Below, in pieces: positions 21,250 through 30,622 of a stretch of DNA of 64,000 nucleotides. A program made the position numbers and the translations under genes. The stretch is from Bacteroidia bacterium. GTDB lineage: Bacteria > Bacteroidota > Bacteroidia > UKL13-3. Under the pieces are notes generated by a model that did not search any database, was not told the DNA's origin, and worked only from the letters and a program-made list of their open reading frames with translations. The first letter of the stretch is position 1. Each line of letters opens with the position of its first letter. Where the stretch lies: positions 1,815 to 65,814 of the forward strand of contig JAGPCK010000007.1 of assembly GCA_018058135.1 (NCBI GenBank), in the 5' to 3' direction.

Positions 21250-22902
21250 ATGCATAAAAAACTTCATATTGCAGCCTACCTTCTACTGTGCCTTAGTTTA
21301 GTTTGGCCGGCTATAAAGTATCACCAACCTGAACATGCATCGGTAATTAACAGCGATGGCTTAGGCTATTATTCGTACTTGCCGGCTTTGTTTATTTACG
21401 ATGATGCTTCCTGGTCGTTTCTGAAGGATTACGAAAAGCAATACAGACCTACAGGGGATTTCATACGTGAGGCTCCCAACGGACGCAAGGTGAATCAGTA
21501 TTTTGTAGGAGAGGCTGTTCTTATTTCACCTTTTTTTGCTGTTGCGCATTTTACTGCAAATGTTGCAGATGGTTTTTCAGCGCCCTATCAGCAGGCAGTG
21601 CTATGGTCCACTATATTTTATATGTGTGTGGCACTTTATCTACTCACACTTCTCGTTGAAACTTATATAACTCATAGGTATGCGGCACTTTTGATTTCAG
21701 CGGCAATACTTCATGGTACCAATTTGTATACTTATGCTGTAACAGAACCTTCTTTTTCGCACGCCTATTCTTTTTTTGCCATCACACTTTTATTATTCGC
21801 CATACAACGGTGGGCGAAGATAAAATCGAAGAGGTATCTTTTTACCGCAGCAGTAGCATTGGGTTTCATAGCCATTATCAGACCCAGTAATCTTTTGGTG
21901 GTTCTTATGGTCCCGTTTTTTTTACCCCAGCTTATTCAGCAGTTAAAAGAAACGGCATTCTCTGTTTTACTGGCGGCTGTAAGTTGTTGTGCCGCTGTTG
22001 TATTGATTCAACCGCTGTGTTGGCATTGGCAAACAGGCTTGTGGATAGTGGATGCCTACACAACCGCTACGTTTAATTTTTCTTCTCCTGAGCTTATTAA
22101 TGTGTTAGTCAGTTTTAAAAAAGGATGGTGGGTATATACTCCTCTGGCCGCTTTGTCGTTGGGTGGATTTTACGCACTGTTTAAAGTATACGGATGGAGG
22201 AGTATGTGGTTATTAGTGTATGTGTTTCTTAACCTTTACGTAATTTCATCTTGGAGCGTGTGGCATTACGGCAGTTGTTTCGGGCAGCGGGCTTTTGTGG
22301 AATCATATGCTGTGTTGGCAGTATTACTGGGAGTTTGGTTCAATTTTCTCAAGCAGTTTTCAGGCAAAGTGGTTTTAGCCGCGATGGTGTTGTTATGTGT
22401 TGGTCTTAATCAGATGCAAGCCAGGCAATACAGCATAGGTATTATTCATCCGCAAAAAATGGATAGGGAATTGTATTTCGCTACATTTTTAAAAAAAGGG
22501 TCTAAATACAGAAATCTGGTACAAGAAGAGTTGAAACATTGTGCTGAACTGAAAATATGCAAGCCACTTTTTAGTGATACAAATTGCAAAACACTTTTGA
22601 TAAAAGAGGTAGAAATAAACACAACTCCTGCATGTATTAAAGTAGAAGGGAATTTTACGTGCAGCAATAAAAACACCGATGCGTATTTATGTGTTCAGTT
22701 GTTGCACGATGATAAAGTATTGCGAACGGAGCGGGTTTATTTTTTCAAGTTTTCAAGAAGAGGAGTAGAATCATCTCAAATGCGGCATCAGTTTATGTTG
22801 AATAATCAGGTTATTTCAACCAATGCAATTAGGTATTTTGTGGTTGACGTGGAGCAGGAGATTTCACTTGATGCTCTCCATGTAGAATTGTGCAGTAATT
22901 AA
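21250..22902 (+). CDS. Polytopic membrane protein, ArnT/PMT-like (GT-C-like), function unknown
   Basis: About 550 aa and hydrophobic. The early loop motif INSDGLGYYSYLPALFIYDD is typical of GT-C-like mannosyltransferase-like families. The first ATG is at 21250, and the track start 21232 is a TTG. Confidence 0.5.
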   Translation: MHKKLHIAAYLLLCLSLVWPAIKYHQPEHASVINSDGLGYYSYLPALFIYDDASWSFLKDYEKQYRPTGDFIREAPNGRKVNQYFVGEAVLISPFFAVAHFTANVADGFSAPYQQAVLWSTIFYMCVALYLLTLLVETYITHRYAALLISAAILHGTNLYTYAVTEPSFSHAYSFFAITLLLFAIQRWAKIKSKRYLFTAAVALGFIAIIRPSNLLVVLMVPFFLPQLIQQLKETAFSVLLAAVSCCAAVVLIQPLCWHWQTGLWIVDAYTTATFNFSSPELINVLVSFKKGWWVYTPLAALSLGGFYALFKVYGWRSMWLLVYVFLNLYVISSWSVWHYGSCFGQRAFVESYAVLAVLLGVWFNFLKQFSGKVVLAAMVLLCVGLNQMQARQYSIGIIHPQKMDRELYFATFLKKGSKYRNLVQEELKHCAELKICKPLFSDTNCKTLLIKEVEINTTPACIKVEGNFTCSNKNTDAYLCVQLLHDDKVLRTERVYFFKFSRRGVESSQMRHQFMLNNQVISTNAIRYFVVDVEQEISLDALHVELCSN

Positions 22903-22903
22903 T

Positions 22904-23854
22904 TTACTCGTCTCCTAATTCATCTTCCAACTCATCCAATGAGAGTTCATCCAGATTAAACAAATCGGTGTCAGGCAATTCCACTTGTTTTGTTTTTTTT
23001 CGGAAGGTATAGCTTATGCCTGCTTCCAGGTTCAAGCCGCCTTTTATAGGTTCATTTATATCGCCAAAAGGCGTGTTATACAACACCACTTTTCTTCCAC
23101 CTGCAAGTCCTGCCGAAGCATGCCAGATGAAGGATTCATTCACCCGTCTTTTGTAAGTGTATTGCATCAGTAGTTGTTGTACACGAAGGTATCCATCTGC
23201 TGTAGTAAAAGGAGTTTGAGAGATAAATCCTTTGAATCCGATACTAAGTTTGTGTTTTGATTTTGGTGTACTTTGAACAATGTAGGCAGCATTGAACGGG
23301 AGGTTAAATTGCAGTTGTTCTTTTTCGTCAAACCGATAGTGAAAACCCAGCAGCGGAAGTAGAATCTGTTGACGGGCACTAATGAATAATGCACCGGCAT
23401 TGTAACTCCATTTTTCATTTACCCTGCGTTGGTAAATGCCCAGCGCCACTACACCCGGAATGGTGTGAGTAAAAGATTGTGTTGGTGCTGATAAGAACGG
23501 TGTTATACTTCCCAGCCAGATATTTTTCATTCCATTGTAATGAAGAAAGGAAACGCCAGAAGAGATACTGAGGTTTTGCAAACGTTGTGGTAAGGTACTG
23601 TAGTAAACATTGTTGTAAGCACTGTTGACGGAAAGAATAACCGCGTTAAAAGTTCGTTTCTCCATATTTAGTTTTTTGTATACCGGAGTGGAGGCACCCA
23701 AGGAAACGCGGTGAAAGGAAAATGAGCCGTTGCTGTTTTTCAGTTCCCTTTCAGGAAAAGAAGATAACTCACCACGAAGTGTAACCTGTGCACTTATGTG
23801 TGTACAGGTAAGAATGAACAAGTGTAGAAGAAGGTAAGCGAAGTTAAATTTCAC
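22904..23854 (-). CDS. Predicted outer-membrane beta-barrel protein with an acidic C-terminal tail
   Basis: 316 aa with a signal peptide (LLLHLFILTCTHISAQ). It shows alternating aromatic/hydrophobic beta-strand patterning. The tail is LFNLDELSLDELEDELGDE. It converges on the upstream gene with a 1-nt gap. Confidence 0.45.
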   Translation of the reverse strand: MKFNFAYLLLHLFILTCTHISAQVTLRGELSSFPERELKNSNGSFSFHRVSLGASTPVYKKLNMEKRTFNAVILSVNSAYNNVYYSTLPQRLQNLSISSGVSFLHYNGMKNIWLGSITPFLSAPTQSFTHTIPGVVALGIYQRRVNEKWSYNAGALFISARQQILLPLLGFHYRFDEKEQLQFNLPFNAAYIVQSTPKSKHKLSIGFKGFISQTPFTTADGYLRVQQLLMQYTYKRRVNESFIWHASAGLAGGRKVVLYNTPFGDINEPIKGGLNLEAGISYTFRKKTKQVELPDTDLFNLDELSLDELEDELGDE

Positions 23855-24084
23855 AGCAACTAAGATGTAAAATAGGTGTAAGGGTTTAACCGGGCAGGAT
23901 TATTAGTTGATTTTAATGCTTTGGCATGAGGCAAAGGATTGTTAATTAGTTAATTGGAAATTCGATTTTCATATTTTCTCCTGAATTTGTACATTCGCAC
24001 TCCCAAAATTTAGGGAATCGGGGTGTAGCGCACCCCGATAACTATCGGGGCGGTATCGCCTTGATAGTTGAATAACATAATGCT

Positions 24085-24160
<76 letters not shown>

Positions 24161-24166
24161 CAATAA

Positions 24167-24209
24167 ATAAAGGCTTTAAGATACTTTTTCTTAAAGCCTT
24201 TATTATTTT
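24167..24209 (+). terminator. Rho-independent terminator just inside the island (serves the reconstituted tRNA-Pro)
   Basis: Perfect 14-bp stem ATAAAGGCTTTAAG / CTTAAAGCCTTTAT with a 9-nt loop, followed by a T-rich tail. Confidence 0.75.
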
Positions 24210-24230
24210 GGGTGCAACATAGGTGCAACA
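24210..24230. repeat. 21-bp element GGGTGCAACATAGGTGCAACA (two GGTGCAACA half-sites), left copy; candidate integrase arm-type site
   Basis: Identical to 55607-55627 in the same orientation and 50 bp from the attL core. The half-site resembles GGTGCAAGA inside the core. Confidence 0.55.
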
Positions 24231-24449
24231 TTTTACTTCGTTCGGGATCTGAAAACCTACATTCATCACCTATCTAATCTTATTTTATCTATGTTTATTT
24301 CAATACATTTGAGTTTGTGAGACAAACTTTGTCTTAACCTTAAACAACTTGATAACCCGAATTCAATCCCAACCTAACCTATAAATTTCTACCATTTTAA
24401 AGGCTCATGTATTAATATTGATAGTTTTAAAATTAACCTTAAGGTATAC

Positions 24450-24842
24450 ATGCAAGGAACCCAACTTAGAAAATTAGAAGCAGAAATGTGGAGAGCCGCT
24501 GACCAACTCAGGGCCAACAGTAAACTGACCGCTTCGGAATACTCCATGCCTGTATTGGGTCTGATATTTTTGCGACACGCCTACAACCGCTTTCAAAAAG
24601 TAAAAATTGAAGTAGAAAAAACCTTGCCTTCACATCCTCAAAGGAGAGCATTGACTAAAAAGGACTTTGAAGAACAAAATTCAATTTTCCTTCCCGAAAA
24701 ATCACAATTTGACTATTTAGTGGCATTGCCTGATTACCCGACTTATCAAACAGATGATATTGACTTAAAAACGAACCTTGTATTTGAACATTTTAAACAA
24801 CAATATTTTGGAGGAGGAATGAGTATTTACGGGCAGTATTAG
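24450..24842 (+). pseudogene. Truncated Type I R-M methylase (HsdM N-terminal ~95 aa) fused to unrelated repeat-derived sequence
   Basis: The N-terminus LEAEMWRAADQLRANSKLTASEYSMPVLGLIFLRHAYNRF is the HsdM_N signature. The reading frame then runs into the 109-bp repeat at 24737 and stops. No methylase catalytic motifs are present. Confidence 0.65.
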
Positions 24843-24845
24843 TAT
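24737..24845. repeat. 109-bp direct repeat, copy A (about 88% identical by eye to 50246-50354)
   Basis: ACCCGACTTAT...GATATTGACTTAAAAACGAACCT.GTATTTGAAC.TTTTAAACA.CAATATTTTGGAGG...ATGAGTATTT.CGG...TATTAGTAT aligns with 50246-50354. Confidence 0.8.
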
Positions 24846-25049
24846 GTGCTATTTGCAAGCACATTGCCAAAGTTGAACACGTGAAAAAAAGTTTTTAAAC
24901 ATGCCAGCAGCACAAGTGGAACATTTGGTTTTGCCCCTATAAACAAGGCCAAGCCTTCGGCAAAACCAAAAGAGCCACTTTTTAGCTAACGCACCAAGAA
25001 TAATAACGATATTCACAGACAAGAAAATAATAGAAACTAAAGAAATAAA

Positions 25050-27416
25050 ATGAACCAAGCAGTACACAATAAATCAATATCCTTTATTTGGTCAATTGCA
25101 GACGATTGTTTGCGTGATGTTTATGTGAGAGGGAAATACCGTGATGTAATCTTACCAATGGTGGTGCTTCGTAGGCTTGATGCCCTGCTAGAGCCTACCA
25201 AGGAAGCGGTGTTAGAAGAGTTGGTTTTTCAGAAGGAGGAAGCCAAATTTACGGAATGGGACGAAAACGGATTACGACAAGCCAGTGGTTATGTGTTTTA
25301 CAATACCAGCCAATGGACATTGCAACGATTACACGATACTGCAACAAACAACCAACAAATACTTCAAGCAAATTTTGAAGATTACCTCAATGGATTTAGC
25401 GGAAACGTAAAGGAAATCATTGAGAAGTTTAAACTCAAAAGTCAGGTACGACACATGGCATCGAAAGATGTCTTGTTGAATGTATTAGAAAAATTCACTT
25501 CGCCTTATATCAACCTTACGCCATTTGAGAAAAATGATCCGGATGGTCGTAAACTGCCGCCATTAACCAATCTTGGAATGGGTTATGTGTTTGAGGAACT
25601 GATACGCAAATTCAACGAGGACAATAACGAAGAAGCTGGGGAACACTTTACGCCTCGTGAAGTTATTGACTTAATGACGCATATTATTTTTGAACCAGTA
25701 AAAGACAAACTTCCTCCTGTAATGACTATTTATGACCCGGCTTGTGGAAGCGGAGGAATGTTGACCGAATCTCAGAATTTTGTAAAGGATGAAGAAGGCG
25801 AAATTAAAGCCAAAGGCGATGTGTATTTGTATGGCAAGGAGATTAATGACGAAACTTATGCCATTTGCAAGTCGGATATGATGATTAAGGGCAACAATCC
25901 TGAAAATATCCGTGTGGGTTCAACACTGAGTACCGATGAGTTTGCAGGAACCACATTTGACTTTATGCTTTCAAATCCGCCTTATGGAAAATCATGGGCA
26001 AGTGAGCAAAAGTTTATAAAAGATGGTAAAGATATTATTGACCCTCGTTTTCAAATTAAACTGAAAAATTATTGGGGAGTTGAAGAAGATGCAGATGCAA
26101 CGCCTCGTTCATCTGATGGTCAATTGCTGTTCCTGATGGAGATGGTGAATAAAATGAAGCCATTAACTCAAAGTCCTTTGGGTTCTCGTATTGCTTCGGT
26201 GCACAATGGTAGTAGTTTGTTTACGGGTGATGCCGGAGGTGGCGAAAGCAATATCCGCAGATACATTATTGAGAATGACTGGCTGGAAGCCATTGTACAA
26301 ATGCCCAATAATTTATTCTACAATACAGGTATTACGACTTATATCTGGATAGTAAGCAACAACAAAGCACCTACACGTAAAGGCAAAGTGCAATTGATTG
26401 ATGCCGGTTTATTGTTCCGTAAACTCCGTAAAAATTTAGGAAACAAAAACTGTGAGTTTGCACCCGAACATATTCGTGAAATAGTTTCGGTATATGAAAA
26501 GATGCAGCCTGTTGACCGCAGTATTCATCCTGAAAGCAAAGAAGAACAAGGCATAGCAGCTCAATTGTTTGACAATACCGATTTTGGTTATTACAAAGTA
26601 ACCATAGAAAGGCCAAAGAGACTAAAAGCAAAGTTCACAGCTGAACGTATTGCTGAATTGAGGTTTGATCGTTCGATAGCTGAGCCTATGAAATGGGCAT
26701 ATGAGCAATATGGCGAAAAGGTATACACAGACCTTGGCAAGTACAGCAACGAAATTCTGAAGTGGGCAGAAAGTCAAGAATTGAATTTGAATGCCAAGCA
26801 CCAAAAGGAATTATGCAGTGTTGAACACTGGAAGAAATACAAACTTATGTTGGAATGTGCAAATGCACTAATGGAAGAAGTAGGACAAGATGAATACAAT
26901 GATTTTAATGTGTTTGCAAAATTGGTAGATGCTGCAATAAAAAAATTAAAACTGACACTTTCGTCAGGTCAAAAAAATGCCATTTTAAATGCAGTGAGCT
27001 GGTATGATGAAACTGCCGAAAAAGTAATAAAGGGTACTACTAAATTGACAGGTGATAAACTGGAAAAATTGCTGGATCATTTGGATTGTAAAGAAACCGA
27101 GCTGTCAGATTACGGCTATTTTACTACTGACAAGAAGGGCGAATACCTGGAGTATGAAACCGAAAGCGATTTGCGTGACACTGAAAATGTACCACTAAAA
27201 GAAAATATCTACACTTACTTTTTGCGTGAAGTAAAACCACACGTTGCCGAAGCTTGGATAAATTTAGATTCTACAAAAATTGGTTACGAAATAAGTTTTA
27301 ACAAATATTTCTATCGCCATAAGCCTTTGCGAGCCATTGAAGAAGTAAGCACCGATATTTTGAAACTGGAAGAATTGAGTGATGGTTTAATTCGTGAAAT
27401 TTTAAATCTAGCTTAA
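25050..27416 (+). CDS. hsdM: Type I restriction-modification system, DNA methyltransferase subunit M
   Basis: 788 aa. Motifs: FTPREV, motif I DPACGSGGML, motif IV LSNPPYGKSW. The stop shares one nucleotide with the hsdS ATG (TAATG). Confidence 0.9.
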   Translation: MNQAVHNKSISFIWSIADDCLRDVYVRGKYRDVILPMVVLRRLDALLEPTKEAVLEELVFQKEEAKFTEWDENGLRQASGYVFYNTSQWTLQRLHDTATNNQQILQANFEDYLNGFSGNVKEIIEKFKLKSQVRHMASKDVLLNVLEKFTSPYINLTPFEKNDPDGRKLPPLTNLGMGYVFEELIRKFNEDNNEEAGEHFTPREVIDLMTHIIFEPVKDKLPPVMTIYDPACGSGGMLTESQNFVKDEEGEIKAKGDVYLYGKEINDETYAICKSDMMIKGNNPENIRVGSTLSTDEFAGTTFDFMLSNPPYGKSWASEQKFIKDGKDIIDPRFQIKLKNYWGVEEDADATPRSSDGQLLFLMEMVNKMKPLTQSPLGSRIASVHNGSSLFTGDAGGGESNIRRYIIENDWLEAIVQMPNNLFYNTGITTYIWIVSNNKAPTRKGKVQLIDAGLLFRKLRKNLGNKNCEFAPEHIREIVSVYEKMQPVDRSIHPESKEEQGIAAQLFDNTDFGYYKVTIERPKRLKAKFTAERIAELRFDRSIAEPMKWAYEQYGEKVYTDLGKYSNEILKWAESQELNLNAKHQKELCSVEHWKKYKLMLECANALMEEVGQDEYNDFNVFAKLVDAAIKKLKLTLSSGQKNAILNAVSWYDETAEKVIKGTTKLTGDKLEKLLDHLDCKETELSDYGYFTTDKKGEYLEYETESDLRDTENVPLKENIYTYFLREVKPHVAEAWINLDSTKIGYEISFNKYFYRHKPLRAIEEVSTDILKLEELSDGLIREILNLA

Positions 27417-28744
27417 TGGAAAAAGTGGTGGATAATATTAAATTGATTAAATACTCTTCATATAAGGACTCCGGAGTTGAATGGTTGGGAGAAATACCAA
27501 GTAATTGGGATTTAACTCGTTTAGGAACAAGATTTGAAGAAAGAAAAACTAAGGTTTCTGATAAAGATTTCCCACCATTATCAGTTACAAAAAATGGAAC
27601 TATCCCTCAATTGGATAGTGCTGCAAAAAGCAACGATGGTGATAATAGAAAGCTAGTAAAGACTGGAGACTTTGTAATTAATAGTCGTTCAGACAGAAAA
27701 GGTTCAAGTGGTATTGCTTATCAGGATGGCTCAGTTTCGCTTATCTATATTGTGATGGAGCCTAAAGGTATACATCCAATTTATTGCAACTATCTTTTAA
27801 AATCATACAATTTCATTGAGGAATTTTATAGAATGGGACATGGAATTGTTGCGGACTTATGGACAACGCGATATGAGGAGATGAAAGCTATTATGGTTGG
27901 GATACCTTCAATTGAAGAACAAACCGCAATTGCTGCCTTTCTCGACCGCAAAACAGCCTTGATAGACCAAGCCATTGACATCAAACAAAAGCAAATAGAA
28001 CTTCTCAAAGAACGCAGGCAAATACTCATACACAAAGCTGTTACCCGTGGGCTAAACCCCAATGTAAAGATGAAAGATAGCGGAGTGGTATGGATTGGCG
28101 AGATACCGGAGGGTTGGCATCTAAAAACTTTAAAATTTTTAAAGGCAAACATTAAAAATGCTTTTGTTGATGGGCCATTTGGCTCCAATTTAAAATCAGA
28201 ACATTTTATTGAGGATGGCAATGTCTATGTAGTGGAAAGCGGCTTCATTACAACTGGCGTTTTTATAAACAAAGTTTTTAAAACTATTTCTGAAAAGCAC
28301 TATCAAACAATTAAACGAAGTACTTGTAGTGAAGGCGATGTAATTATTGCAAAAATTGGTGCGAATTATGGAATGGCTGCTGAACTACCTTTATTGGATA
28401 AAAAAGCTGTTGTGTCGGGGAATTCATTAAAAATCACTTTAGATAACTCAAAGATTTTAAATATTCTATTTGTGAAGTTATTAGGGTTGTCAAAAACGCT
28501 TGGTGGATTTGAGGAAATTGTAAATGCGAGTGCACAACCTGCGCTTTCTTTAGGCGGATTAAATAATTTGAAATTACCTATTGCTCCAATTGACGAACAA
28601 CCATTAATTGCCAAGCAGATTGACAATATTGAGAGTAAAACCGCCACAACCATTTCCCTCAAAGAGCAAGAAATAGAAAAGCTAAAAGAATACAAAGCCA
28701 GCTTGATAAATAGTGCGGTAACGGGTAAAATAAAAGTTTACTGA
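27416..28744 (+). CDS. hsdS: Type I restriction-modification system, specificity subunit S
   Basis: 442 aa with two target-recognition halves. Each half is followed by a conserved coiled region (IEEQTAIAAFLDRKTALID...LLKERRQILIHKAVTRGL and IDEQPLIAKQID...KLKEYKASLINSAVTGKI). Confidence 0.88.
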   Translation: MEKVVDNIKLIKYSSYKDSGVEWLGEIPSNWDLTRLGTRFEERKTKVSDKDFPPLSVTKNGTIPQLDSAAKSNDGDNRKLVKTGDFVINSRSDRKGSSGIAYQDGSVSLIYIVMEPKGIHPIYCNYLLKSYNFIEEFYRMGHGIVADLWTTRYEEMKAIMVGIPSIEEQTAIAAFLDRKTALIDQAIDIKQKQIELLKERRQILIHKAVTRGLNPNVKMKDSGVVWIGEIPEGWHLKTLKFLKANIKNAFVDGPFGSNLKSEHFIEDGNVYVVESGFITTGVFINKVFKTISEKHYQTIKRSTCSEGDVIIAKIGANYGMAAELPLLDKKAVVSGNSLKITLDNSKILNILFVKLLGLSKTLGGFEEIVNASAQPALSLGGLNNLKLPIAPIDEQPLIAKQIDNIESKTATTISLKEQEIEKLKEYKASLINSAVTGKIKVY

Positions 28745-28759
28745 TGAGAATTATTGCCT

Positions 28760-30622
28760 ATGAATAATGAAGAAATACCAAAAAATATACCATTTGAGCC
28801 AATAAGATATTTGTTGGGTAAATCATTCGTGGTTAAGGATTACCAGCGCGGCTATAAATGGGAGAAAAAGGAGGTTTTAGACCTCTTGAATGATATAGGG
28901 GAGCATGACGAAGCAGATGGACGTTATTGTTTGCAGCCAATTATAGTTAGAGAGCCTCAAGGTGATTCTGATATTTTAATTGAGCTTATTGACGGTCAGC
29001 AACGGTTGACTACAATATATTTAATACTTGCATATTTAAACGGAGGTATTCCAAACTCTTACTTTATTGATTATAACACACGATTAGAAAGCGCTGAGTT
29101 TCTGAAAAATCATATTCCGGATCTCCATGAGGCCGTTGTAAATCAAAAAAATTGGGGCGACTTCATATCTCAGATTGGTTATGAAAGATTCAACAATGTT
29201 GATGTGCTTCATTTTTATTTGGTGTATAATGAAGTTCATAACTGGTTTAAATCAAGGAACCAAGAACTATTTTCTACTAAATTGCTAAATGTAGTTCATA
29301 TAATTTGGTACGATTTAGGAAGAACAATTGCCGGTTACAATCAATCTTCTGAAGAGTTATTTCTTAACCTGAATGCAGGAAAGATACCATTAACAAGTGC
29401 TGAGTTGATAAAGGGACTGTTTATTCTAAATGTTCAGGATGCAACGAATAAAGAACTTGCGAAATTGAAAGCGAAAGAGTTGGCAATGGAGTGGGATCAA
29501 ATTGAGAACAAGTTACATGATGACACCTTCTGGCTTTTTATTTGTAACAAACCTCAATATACCAAGTCGGATACGCGAATAGATTATATTTTTGATCTAA
29601 TTAATGGGAAGTCAGAGCGAAATGATTATGAATTGTTTTCCTTTAGAATATACTCGGAAAAATACAGGCAGGAGAAGGTTAAAGCCGACAACGAAAGACT
29701 GATTGATGCACTTAATTGGAAAGAAGTAAAGAATACCTTCAACAAACTGAACGAATGGTATGAAGATAAGTTTTTATACCATTACGTTGGTTACTTGGTC
29801 GTTAGCTGTATAGCAGATCTGAGTGATATATTGAAGTTAAGCAAAGGATTAACAAAAAAGGCCTTCATGATATGCCTATTGGACCTTATTAAAGAAGAAT
29901 TTCGAAAAACATATATTGATGAAGGTGGAGAAACTCAATTAAGATACCATGTGAACAATCTTAATTATGAGGATTTCAGGAAAGAGTGTCAGAACGCCTT
30001 ATTGTTAATGAATGTACAGTATTATACTTTTAATGGCAGCTCAAATAAATTTCCGTTCGATCTTTATAAAAAGGAAAATTGGAGTGTGGAGCATATCAAT
30101 CCACAAAATCCAAGGAGTTTTGACACTGCCTACGAAATCAGAAAATGGTTGGAAAGTAGCAGGGACTATTATCAAGGAATCGGCAACCCGTTAGCTGAAA
30201 GTATAGAAACGGTATTGCAGGATTTTGAACGAATAGAATACTCTGATGACCGCAAATTATCCGCCTTAAAATTATCTAAAGAGAGAAATGAAACGATTGA
30301 TCGATTGATTGAAGACCTAACAGATGATTTAGATCTACATGGTATTTCGAACCTTGCTTTGCTAGATCGGATTACTAATAGCAGGCTTGGGAATAAGCCT
30401 TTTTTAGATAAGCGAGCAATGATACTTGAGATAGATTCAGGAGAGGAGTCTTTTGCATTTATCCCTGTTCTTACAAAAAATGTATTTGTTAAAATTTATA
30501 CAAAGGATTCACAAAGCTTAACTAATTCATTTTTTGGACATCAAGATATGGAGGATTATTGTTCCTTTATTGGTAGTCAGCTTCGCAAAATTAACCCTGA
30601 ATTGGAGACAAAGAATGCATAA
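28760..30622 (+). CDS. DUF262 (ParB/Srx-like NTPase) + DUF1524 (His-Me/HNH-like) protein, GmrSD/BrxU-type Type IV restriction architecture
   Basis: N-terminal motifs DYQRGYKWEKKEV and IDGQQRLTTIYLIL. C-terminal motifs WSVEHINPQN and NLALLDRITNSRLGNKPF. The first ATG is at 28760, and the track start is a TTG two codons upstream. Confidence 0.75.
   Translation: MNNEEIPKNIPFEPIRYLLGKSFVVKDYQRGYKWEKKEVLDLLNDIGEHDEADGRYCLQPIIVREPQGDSDILIELIDGQQRLTTIYLILAYLNGGIPNSYFIDYNTRLESAEFLKNHIPDLHEAVVNQKNWGDFISQIGYERFNNVDVLHFYLVYNEVHNWFKSRNQELFSTKLLNVVHIIWYDLGRTIAGYNQSSEELFLNLNAGKIPLTSAELIKGLFILNVQDATNKELAKLKAKELAMEWDQIENKLHDDTFWLFICNKPQYTKSDTRIDYIFDLINGKSERNDYELFSFRIYSEKYRQEKVKADNERLIDALNWKEVKNTFNKLNEWYEDKFLYHYVGYLVVSCIADLSDILKLSKGLTKKAFMICLLDLIKEEFRKTYIDEGGETQLRYHVNNLNYEDFRKECQNALLLMNVQYYTFNGSSNKFPFDLYKKENWSVEHINPQNPRSFDTAYEIRKWLESSRDYYQGIGNPLAESIETVLQDFERIEYSDDRKLSALKLSKERNETIDRLIEDLTDDLDLHGISNLALLDRITNSRLGNKPFLDKRAMILEIDSGEESFAFIPVLTKNVFVKIYTKDSQSLTNSFFGHQDMEDYCSFIGSQLRKINPELETKNA

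Noticed and set aside
24849-25067. 72-aa minus-strand ORF between the hsdM remnant and hsdM
   Set aside because: It overlaps the hsdM start, has no recognisable motif, and the region is better explained as promoter or hairpin sequence (GGTTTTGCC...GGCAAAACC).
30534-30614. Upstream TTG-initiated extension of the second DUF262 gene (track start 30534)
   Set aside because: The extension lies wholly inside the preceding gene's coding region. The ATG at 30615 gives the classic ATGxxTAA coupling overlap and a normal DUF262 N-terminus.
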